From a virus, in IMG/VR virus record IMGVR_UViG_3300030329_003436, positions 1 to 64,000 of that record: a DNA stretch of 64,000 bases. One strand, given 5' to 3'. Of the stretch, positions 20,579 through 28,046 are shown piece after piece. The notes below the pieces were generated by a model that ran no database searches, was not told where the DNA came from, and saw nothing but the letters and a program-made list of their open reading frames with translations. Position numbers and translations under genes: made by a program. Each line of letters begins with the position of its first letter. The stretch's first letter is position 1.

Positions 20579-21248
20579 TAAGCCTGTTCTTTTAATTGGT
20601 TCGTCAAACAGTATAGAAAAGTTTGATGGTTATCAGGACTACTTCACTTTGTCTACCGGAAAATCACTTTATGCCATCGACAAGGTTGACATTGTGGTTT
20701 CTTTGGATCTGATTCGGATTATACATAATATATCGAACTTTAGAAAAAGATGGCGACATCACCTAATTCCACATTGCATATCACATCACCTATGGGGGGA
20801 AAGGCAAAAGGAAACGGAGATACTAAACCCTTCTTTTGGTGTCTTTCTCTATACCAGAAGACCCGCATATTCAAATATGTTCTTCAATCTAGAGGACTTC
20901 TGTTCATTCAAAGAAAGCAAGGGTGTATATGAAGGACTGAACATATCCCATCCAATTGTATCCTTTGAAAAAGCAGACACAATTATTGACTTTCAAAGAT
21001 TCAATACTGTAAGATTTTTAAGAGAAGATGTTGATAACATTCAAGCAATGAAGAATAACGATGGCGTATTAAGAAATATGTCTAGTAGTTTACACTTTCT
21101 TATCAATCTTCTTTGGTTGAACGGCGTACAACAAATTAAAACAATAGGCATAACAGAAGAGCATAAAAGTTGGAAAGACACCGAAAGCATGTTCTCACTG
21201 TACAACATAAAATACGAAAGGCTCGAAGATGAAATTGATCTCTCATAG
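20553..21248 (+). CDS. Hypothetical protein with weak DUF115/sialyltransferase-like similarity
   Basis: VLLIGSSNS and SSLHFLINLLWLNGVQQIKTIG resemble the GxGPS and LAYYxGxxxIxLxG motifs. Confidence 0.4.
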   Translation: MDLTSLKIDKPVLLIGSSNSIEKFDGYQDYFTLSTGKSLYAIDKVDIVVSLDLIRIIHNISNFRKRWRHHLIPHCISHHLWGERQKETEILNPSFGVFLYTRRPAYSNMFFNLEDFCSFKESKGVYEGLNISHPIVSFEKADTIIDFQRFNTVRFLREDVDNIQAMKNNDGVLRNMSSSLHFLINLLWLNGVQQIKTIGITEEHKSWKDTESMFSLYNIKYERLEDEIDLS

Positions 21249-21699
21249 AGGTAACATTAGAGGCCGACACCCAGATTTAGAAAATGACCCCGCGTATATC
21301 AAGCAGGCTCTGTCTCTTGGGTATGACGTAGAGATTGACGTATGGAAAATAAATGGTAACTGGTTTTTAGGACATGACGATCCGTCTTATCCGATTTATC
21401 TTAACTTCCTAATGAACCCCAAGCTTCTCTGTCATGCAAAAAACCTATCCGCTTTAGATGGGATGTTAGTGCATACAAATATTCATTGCTTCTATCATGC
21501 GGACGACCCATATACGCTTACTAGTAATGGGTACATAGTTAGTTACCCCGGATACGAGGTTACAAACAGGACTATATGCATGAAACCAGAGTTGGCCAGA
21601 CCCAATTTAAACTGCTATGCAATTTGTTCTGATTATATTGAACTGTTTAAGAAAATGGATACGGGTTCTGTAAGCGTGGGCTTCAATGAAACACGATGA
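21229..21699 (+). CDS. Short glycerophosphodiester phosphodiesterase-like protein
   Basis: ISHRGN, EN, VEIDVW, LGHD, HAKN, ICSD. Confidence 0.8.
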   Translation: MKLISHRGNIRGRHPDLENDPAYIKQALSLGYDVEIDVWKINGNWFLGHDDPSYPIYLNFLMNPKLLCHAKNLSALDGMLVHTNIHCFYHADDPYTLTSNGYIVSYPGYEVTNRTICMKPELARPNLNCYAICSDYIELFKKMDTGSVSVGFNETR

Positions 21700-22360
21700 T
21701 GTAACAATAGTACTACAGGGGCCATTGCACACCAAAGGAGGGTCGTTGTGTCGGGGTATACATAACATACCCACGTACATGAAGTTTGTTGGCGCTTCAA
21801 TTATATCGACTTGGAAAAACGACGGCATTAAACCGACCAAAAGGTTTTTAGCCAGCAACAACACGACCTACATTGAAGATGACCCAGAAAAGTATTCCAA
21901 AGTTTTTAACTGGATGAACGTAAATTTTCAGGTGGCGTCTTCATTAAATGGAATGAGAAAAGTAAAAACAAAATATGTTATAAAAGTAAGGTGTGATGAA
22001 AAGTATGAAGACATGTCTGTTTTTATAAAAACGATGAAAGAAAATCCAGAAATGTTGACTACACAGGAACCATTTTATAGGGATGTTACGGAGAAGAAAT
22101 ACATTTCTGATCATGTTATGGGTGGATTGACAACAAAAATGACGGACATGTTTGAAGAAGCCTATGAGATATGCGAAAAGTTCGACGTTCCAAAAAAAGA
22201 TTACGCCCCCGAAAATATATTGAAAAAGAGTTTTGATGGCGATAATGTTTGGGTGTCAATATTTGATTTTGGCGACTTCTTATTCAAAATGAATACCGAG
22301 AGAATAACAAGAGCAGCGATTAAAAAAATGAAGGGAAATTTTAAATGGCAAAAATCCTAG
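21686..22360 (+). CDS. WavE-like lipopolysaccharide synthesis protein
   Basis: IVLQGP, ISTW, NVNFQ..S.LNG, YVIKVRCD, SDH. Confidence 0.75.
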   Translation: MKHDDVTIVLQGPLHTKGGSLCRGIHNIPTYMKFVGASIISTWKNDGIKPTKRFLASNNTTYIEDDPEKYSKVFNWMNVNFQVASSLNGMRKVKTKYVIKVRCDEKYEDMSVFIKTMKENPEMLTTQEPFYRDVTEKKYISDHVMGGLTTKMTDMFEEAYEICEKFDVPKKDYAPENILKKSFDGDNVWVSIFDFGDFLFKMNTERITRAAIKKMKGNFKWQKS

Positions 22361-23280
22361 TAACGGGCGGTGGCGGATATGTAGGCAATGTCTTGTGTCG
22401 CCATCTTCTCGATAAAGGGTATCGGGTAAAATGTGTTGACAATTTTCATAAGGGTCAATGCGATGCTATTATACCCCTAGCTACAAACCCCAATTTTGAG
22501 TTTGAGTATGGGGATGTTACAAGACTAGAACAAATGAAGGAGGCTATCCTTGGGTGTGACGCTGTTATTCACCTTGCTGCTATTGTTGGCTTTCCGGCTT
22601 GCAAATCCCAGCCCTCGCTCGCCACGGCGGTAAACATAGATGGCACAAAAAACATGCTGGAAGCCCGCAAATCCTATAATCCCAAAATGCCATTCGTTTA
22701 CGCCTCCACAGGCAGCGTCTACGGCAAAGTGGAGGGTATTTGCACAGAAGAGTCCCCACTAAATGCCGTGTCGCTCTACGGCGTAAATAAGCGTGTTGCA
22801 GAGGAAATGGTGGCCGCACAAGATAATACAGTCTCATTTAGGTTTGCTACAGGGTTTGGTGTTAGCCCATGTATGCGGGTGAACTTGCTCGTAAACGATT
22901 TTGTTTATCAGGCAATCACAAATAAGATACTTACTATTTTTCAAGCAGACTTCCGGCGAACTTTTATCCATGTAAGAGATATGGCAAAGGCTTTTACTAT
23001 GGGCGTTGAGCATATGGGTAACTGGAAACATAAGGTTTATAACTGCGGGGCAAACGACCTAAATTGGACAAAAAGGGAGCTTGCGGAATATGTCAAGGAA
23101 AAAACAGAATGCTTTGTACATTATGAAGAAATTGGAAAAGATGCTGACCAAAGAGACTACGAAGTGAGTTATGATAAGTTAGAAGCCGAGGGGTTTAACT
23201 GCGACGTAGACATGAAGACCGGCATCAACGAATTAATCAAAGTAGCACCAATATTACAGATTAGGCATCAGTATTCATGA
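22345..23280 (+). CDS. NAD-dependent nucleotide-sugar epimerase/dehydratase
   Basis: VTGGGGYVG, IHLAAIVG, ASTGSVYG, YGVNK. Confidence 0.92.
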   Translation: MAKILVTGGGGYVGNVLCRHLLDKGYRVKCVDNFHKGQCDAIIPLATNPNFEFEYGDVTRLEQMKEAILGCDAVIHLAAIVGFPACKSQPSLATAVNIDGTKNMLEARKSYNPKMPFVYASTGSVYGKVEGICTEESPLNAVSLYGVNKRVAEEMVAAQDNTVSFRFATGFGVSPCMRVNLLVNDFVYQAITNKILTIFQADFRRTFIHVRDMAKAFTMGVEHMGNWKHKVYNCGANDLNWTKRELAEYVKEKTECFVHYEEIGKDADQRDYEVSYDKLEAEGFNCDVDMKTGINELIKVAPILQIRHQYS

Positions 23281-24230
23281 TTGATATCAAAGACTCAAAA
23301 GTTTTAGTTACGGGCGGCGAAGGCTTTTTTGGTCGTGCTATTTGCGATCAGGTTCGACAAAGAGACGCAGAGCCTATAGTCTTAAGTCATAATAAAGTAA
23401 ATCTAACCGACTTAGAGCAGGCCATTCGTTTTCTAGACGAAACACGTCCAGACTACTGCATTCATGCCGCAGGATATAACGGGGGTATTGAATTTAATAG
23501 AATGTACCCCGCAGATATCCTGTATGCTAACGCGGTTATGGGGTTAAACATTCACCATGCTTGCGAATACATGCAGGTCAAGAAGCTTGTTTCTATAATG
23601 ACATCCTGTGCCTATCCAGATACCGGAATGGAAGTGCTGGAAGAAAACACTTTTTGGGACGGCCTTCCTAATGGAACAATACGCGCGCATGGTTTAGCCA
23701 AGCGAATGCTACAAGCTGCGGCAGAAGCCTATAACAAACAATATGATTTTAAAAGTGTGGCTGTCTGTGTCACAAATCTTTATGGAAGGTATGATACGTT
23801 TAATTTAACTCGCACAAAAGTCGTAGGTGCGCTTATTCGCAAATTCGTAGAAGCCAAACAGGACGAGCATGATTCTGTAGAATGCTGGGGAACCGGCGAT
23901 CCTATGAGAGAATTTATGTATGTCGATGACGCAGCAAACGCTGTTGTCCAAGCGTTAGAAAAATACGATGACGTTACCCTTCCATTAAATATAGGAACTG
24001 GCAGTGACATATCAATCAAACAACTGGTAGAATATATTGTAGCTATAGTAGGATATGAAGGTGAGGTAGTCTGGAATACAGACAAACCCGATGGACAAAT
24101 GAAAAAGCTCTTAAGTGTAGATAGGATGAAAGAGCTTATAGAATTAGATCCTATGAATATCCGAGATGGTCTTACTGCAACCATTAAATGGTATGTTGAC
24201 AATAAAGAAAAAGCTGATGCAAAAGCGTAA
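23277..24230 (+). CDS. GDP-fucose synthase (Fcl/WcaG)-family SDR with variant active site
   Basis: TGGEGFFG, GGI..N..YPAD, SCAYP, NLYG.YD.F, WGTG...REFMYVDD, KPDG. Confidence 0.85.
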   Translation: MIDIKDSKVLVTGGEGFFGRAICDQVRQRDAEPIVLSHNKVNLTDLEQAIRFLDETRPDYCIHAAGYNGGIEFNRMYPADILYANAVMGLNIHHACEYMQVKKLVSIMTSCAYPDTGMEVLEENTFWDGLPNGTIRAHGLAKRMLQAAAEAYNKQYDFKSVAVCVTNLYGRYDTFNLTRTKVVGALIRKFVEAKQDEHDSVECWGTGDPMREFMYVDDAANAVVQALEKYDDVTLPLNIGTGSDISIKQLVEYIVAIVGYEGEVVWNTDKPDGQMKKLLSVDRMKELIELDPMNIRDGLTATIKWYVDNKEKADAKA

Positions 24231-24693
24231 AAAAACAGGTATAATTTTAGAAGACCTGAATGCCAGTCAGGTTTCTTATTACGCCATAAAGAATATAAAT
24301 AAATATTTAGAAGATAGCTTAGATGATTTTGTATTGTTCTTTGAGAGCGCTGGGAACTCAGTTATACAACCCCAATGCTCTTCTATGGGAATAAATGAGT
24401 TGTGGAGCTTTGACGGTACTGCAATAGCAACTACTGTATCAACCTGCCTTTCTCTAGCACAAAGTCATTCGACATTAGACAAATATTTTTATGTATGGGA
24501 CTTAGAATGGTCTAGACCTCGTGGTGTAGACTATGATTACATAGTGACGGCTTTTAACAATCCTGAAATCAAGCTAATAGCAAGAAGCAAGGATCATGCG
24601 AAAGCCATAAAAAACTATTGTAATAGAGATGTTTGCGGAGTGGTTCCAAACTTTTGTGTAGAAAATTTAATGAAAGTAATTAATAATGAGTAG
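24217..24693 (+). CDS. Hypothetical protein resembling a GT-B N-terminal lobe (WsaF_N-like)
   Basis: IATTVST...KYFYVWDLEW...LIARS...VVPN pattern. Confidence 0.45.
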   Translation: MQKRKKTGIILEDLNASQVSYYAIKNINKYLEDSLDDFVLFFESAGNSVIQPQCSSMGINELWSFDGTAIATTVSTCLSLAQSHSTLDKYFYVWDLEWSRPRGVDYDYIVTAFNNPEIKLIARSKDHAKAIKNYCNRDVCGVVPNFCVENLMKVINNE

Positions 24694-25474
24694 TCAATTC
24701 CTGCAAAAACATAAAGAGTTTATTATAGACCAATATATGAATAAGAATAAGAGTACATATGAGATCGCTCAAGAACTCAAAACGTACCCTAACAAGATTC
24801 GGCGGGCTTTAAAAACTTTGGGGGTTGATCTCAGAGACAGAAGCACTGCCCAAACGGTCGCTATTGCCAGCGGTAGGCACGAGCATCCCACAAAAGGAAA
24901 GAAAAGAACAGAAGCGGAAAAGATCGCTATTAGTGACGGCATGTCAAAGTTCTGGGATGACATGGAAGATGCGGAACGAGACCGTCGATCAAAGCTTTCA
25001 AAGAAGCAGTGGGACGAAATGCCAGAAGAGGAAAAGGCCAACCTACGAAAACTTGCAGCGGCTGCTGTAAGGAAGGCTAGTAAGGAAGGCTCGAAAATTG
25101 AAAAATTTATTCACGAAGGCTTGACCGCCGCTGGCTATGAGGTTATATTCCATAAGCGTGGTCTTATTGCCAACGACAAAATGGAAGTAGATTTGTTCCT
25201 TCCGGCTTTGAAAACTGCAATCGAGATAGATGGCCCCGCTCATTTCCTCCCTATTTGGGGAGAGGCGAACTTACAAAAGCATATTAGGGCAGATGCACAG
25301 AAAGCTGGTCTTCTTATCAACAGAGGGTATGCAGTCTTACGAGTCAAAAATATAATTAGAAATCTTTCTTCTAAAAATATGCGAGATGCTCTAAATGCGG
25401 TTATTGTAGAATTACAAAAGATAGAAAAGAAATTTCCAGCCCCGTCTAAAAGACTTATTGAAATTGAGACATAA
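24686..25474 (+). CDS. HTH + NUMOD3-like repeats + DUF559/Vsr-like endonuclease
   Basis: KSTYEIAQEL HTH, KGKKRTEAEKIAIS, SKIE...EVDLF...AIEIDGPAH...VLRV. Confidence 0.8.
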   Translation: MSSQFLQKHKEFIIDQYMNKNKSTYEIAQELKTYPNKIRRALKTLGVDLRDRSTAQTVAIASGRHEHPTKGKKRTEAEKIAISDGMSKFWDDMEDAERDRRSKLSKKQWDEMPEEEKANLRKLAAAAVRKASKEGSKIEKFIHEGLTAAGYEVIFHKRGLIANDKMEVDLFLPALKTAIEIDGPAHFLPIWGEANLQKHIRADAQKAGLLINRGYAVLRVKNIIRNLSSKNMRDALNAVIVELQKIEKKFPAPSKRLIEIET

Positions 25475-26295
25475 TGGAACCTGCGACAAAAATTGAATCA
25501 AGTGAAGGACAATTGGAATTATTTGATATGGCAGAAGAAGAAGAATTTTTTGAAGAAGAAAAAGACGACGGCGTAATGGGTGCTTCCGGCGAAGGCGCTA
25601 TTTATGATAGCGAAGCCCCAAGCATGTTTTCCCCAGAATGGCATGACTATGCAATGTCACACTTTGAGGATAACGAGCTTATTGATGGCAACCCTATTTG
25701 TGCTGGACTAAGAAGGGTGTCTGAGCTTCTTCTTGGAACCATTATAGAGAGTGGCCCATGTGATGTGTTCCCGTCTACTGACGGTAATGGGCCGGGAAGA
25801 GCCACTGTCGTGTATAAGGTTGTGTTCGACTGGAAGAACAGTGGGTATATAAAAACATTTAAAGAGGTGGCCGATGTATGGCATGGCAATACTGACGACC
25901 TCTTTTGCGCTCATCCTGTCGCTACTGCGTCTACACGGGCTGAAGGACGAGCCTTAAGAAAGGCGCTTAAGATTAGAGCTTTGGCCGCAGAAGAACTGGC
26001 AAGAAAAGATATTGTAGAAATAGTACAGAAAAGTGTATCAAAGTCTACTGATGGAGAGTATGATCCTGACGATAGGATTACACCTCAGCAAATTCAGTTC
26101 ATTGACAAACGATGCTCTCTTTTGGATGTTAACGTAATGAACTTTATAAACTGTGGTGAAAATACCTATAGGAGCATAAACGATGTAAAGAGAGATCGTG
26201 CAAAGAGTATGATAAAATTATTGAATCAATATCAAAATGAAACTAAGTCAGTACCAGAATCTCTTGCTGGATACAATGAAGATTGGAGAAATTAA
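25474..26295 (+). CDS. Putative Rad52/Sak-like single-strand annealing protein
   Basis: ASTRAEGRALRKAL core and ITPQQIQFI C-terminal module. Confidence 0.55.
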   Translation: MEPATKIESSEGQLELFDMAEEEEFFEEEKDDGVMGASGEGAIYDSEAPSMFSPEWHDYAMSHFEDNELIDGNPICAGLRRVSELLLGTIIESGPCDVFPSTDGNGPGRATVVYKVVFDWKNSGYIKTFKEVADVWHGNTDDLFCAHPVATASTRAEGRALRKALKIRALAAEELARKDIVEIVQKSVSKSTDGEYDPDDRITPQQIQFIDKRCSLLDVNVMNFINCGENTYRSINDVKRDRAKSMIKLLNQYQNETKSVPESLAGYNEDWRN

Positions 26296-26297
26296 TC

Positions 26298-26633
26298 ATG
26301 AGACTTAACTACACCACTAACAATGGCCGCATTTCTGTAGAGCTTGAGGGCGAAACACAGGTTGATCTTTTTGCTCAACTTGGCGCTTTTCAAGAGGTTT
26401 TTGATGAAACCGAATGTGGCAAATGTCAGAGCGAGAACTTGCGGTTTCAAGTTCGCAATGTAGATGACAATCTGTACTACGAATTAAAGTGTATGGATTG
26501 TGGCGCACGACTTTCCTTTGGTGTCATGAAGAAGGGTGGAAGACTCTTCCCAAGACGGAAGGATAAGGAAGGCAACTGGCTACCGGATCGTGGCTGGGTT
26601 AAATGGAACCCTGATACGAAACAAGAAGAATAA
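26298..26633 (+). CDS. Zn-ribbon hypothetical protein
   Basis: CGKC...CMDC; GGAG SD upstream. Confidence 0.7.
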   Translation: MRLNYTTNNGRISVELEGETQVDLFAQLGAFQEVFDETECGKCQSENLRFQVRNVDDNLYYELKCMDCGARLSFGVMKKGGRLFPRRKDKEGNWLPDRGWVKWNPDTKQEE

Positions 26634-26655
26634 ATCTTCTTATAAGTCAGTGGAC

Positions 26656-26694
26656 AAAAAAACCCCCGTTTCAGTGATGAGGCGGGGGTTTTTT
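26656..26694. terminator. Bidirectional intrinsic terminator between the convergent blocks
   Basis: A7-CCCCCGTTTCA-GTGA-TGAGGCGGGGG-T6. Confidence 0.9.
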
Positions 26695-26737
26695 ATTGCG
26701 TGGCATGAGCTAAACCACTTAACTTGAACACCAATGA

Positions 26738-27451
26738 TTACAGATATTCAAGCTCCACATAAAGGCCGTACTGTGTCTTGCTACCCACACTATCAGGTGA
26801 AGCACTAATACCAACATACCAGTCATGCTGAGTGTATTGGCCAGTATTGGTATTGCCTCCACCAGCATAGAAACCGCTAGGTCCGGGTGATTGCGCAAGC
26901 GGCACAATGATACCACTACCACCTACGGTATTTACACCAGCAGCAAGTCTTGCGCTTGGATTGGGAGACCCTTGCATACTTGAGAATACATCTGTTCCAT
27001 CATGAGTAGAACTACCCCACCATTTGGCATCTCCAGAACCTTCTACAGTACCATAAGTTAATCGTGGGTTAAGTAATTCAAACACCCTTGTAATCACACC
27101 ACTTGCGGGGTGGTTCTTATTAGCACGATCAAAGACTCTCAAACGAACGTTCTGTGTCTTTACCGCTGTAGCGTTTGTGAAACGAACATTGCAAGTAGCA
27201 TACTTATTTGGTATATATTTAAGACCCGTAGCTGGAGTTACACCCACGGCATACGCAGTAGTGTCACTAGCATACTTTACATTGTTAGCAGTTCCACCGT
27301 TGGTACTACCAGTACCATTAGTGATAAAAGTGCTACCCTGCCAAGAGTTTATCTCTACAGACTGACCAAACGACCCGCCAAAAAAGCCCAAGCCTGAGCC
27401 TGACAAGTTGTTGATAGCAGTCGTGCCTGCATAAAATGAGATTGTTGCCAT
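26738..27451 (-). CDS. Putative virion structural protein (G/S/T-rich, beta-rich)
   Basis: Strong AAGGAG SD, its own promoter motif, and composition typical of decoration/tail proteins. Confidence 0.65.
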   Translation of the reverse strand: MATISFYAGTTAINNLSGSGLGFFGGSFGQSVEINSWQGSTFITNGTGSTNGGTANNVKYASDTTAYAVGVTPATGLKYIPNKYATCNVRFTNATAVKTQNVRLRVFDRANKNHPASGVITRVFELLNPRLTYGTVEGSGDAKWWGSSTHDGTDVFSSMQGSPNPSARLAAGVNTVGGSGIIVPLAQSPGPSGFYAGGGNTNTGQYTQHDWYVGISASPDSVGSKTQYGLYVELEYL

Positions 27452-27473
27452 AATTATCTCCTTAAAACCATAT

Positions 27474-27485
27474 TATTATACACCA
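27474..27485 (-). promoter_or_regulatory. Putative late promoter motif TGGTGTATAATA
   Basis: Identical 12-mer upstream of the tail tube gene (61459-61470); no -35 consensus. Confidence 0.65.
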
Positions 27486-28028
27486 TTATTCAAAAAAGCC
27501 TTTGGTTTTCTTTGGTTGACCACCGTATGGGAGAAACCTATTTAAAGCTGCCTGTCTCTCTGAGCAGCCGCAATTTTCCCCTACTACTTTTTTGACTAAT
27601 TTTTTTATTCCAGTAACCTTAGTAAATTTAGCTAAGGTATCTCCCAGACCCCTAGACTTCTTGGGTATTTCTTTATCCCCCATAAAATACTCACCATCTT
27701 CAAAAAATCCTTTTTCTGGTTCCGGTTGATCTTCCTCCTCAAAAAACCCCGTCATATTATTTCCGGCTTCATTGCTTAGAAGATTTGCCGTAGGCATGGT
27801 AACTTTTCTGTCGTCCTTGACTGTTAATGCCGGATGGTTTTGGTTTGGCCCTTCACCCCTTTCCCACAAGGCAAAATATTTTGGATTTCTTTGACACAAG
27901 GAGTGCATGTGCTTGCTTTTTAAGCATTTATGCCTATCGCAAAATACGGAGGCTTCTCCATCAGAAATAGAACATTGACATCCAGTGTTACTATTTGGCT
28001 CAAAAAAGCCTTTAGTTTGTGCTGACAT
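27486..28028 (-). CDS. Small Cys-containing protein with GLGD...CGC..R..LN motif and four GFFE repeats
   Basis: CQC, CDRHKC, GLGDTLAKFT..TGIK...NCGCSERQAALN. Confidence 0.75.
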   Translation of the reverse strand: MSAQTKGFFEPNSNTGCQCSISDGEASVFCDRHKCLKSKHMHSLCQRNPKYFALWERGEGPNQNHPALTVKDDRKVTMPTANLLSNEAGNNMTGFFEEEDQPEPEKGFFEDGEYFMGDKEIPKKSRGLGDTLAKFTKVTGIKKLVKKVVGENCGCSERQAALNRFLPYGGQPKKTKGFFE

Positions 28029-28046
28029 TACTTTATTCCTTCCAAA

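Noticed and set aside
3258-24693. Bacterial chromosomal O-antigen or capsule locus joined by misassembly
   Set aside because: It is coupled by overlaps to the phage sigma gene and the endonuclease and lacks wzx/wzy/wzm/wzt-type genes.
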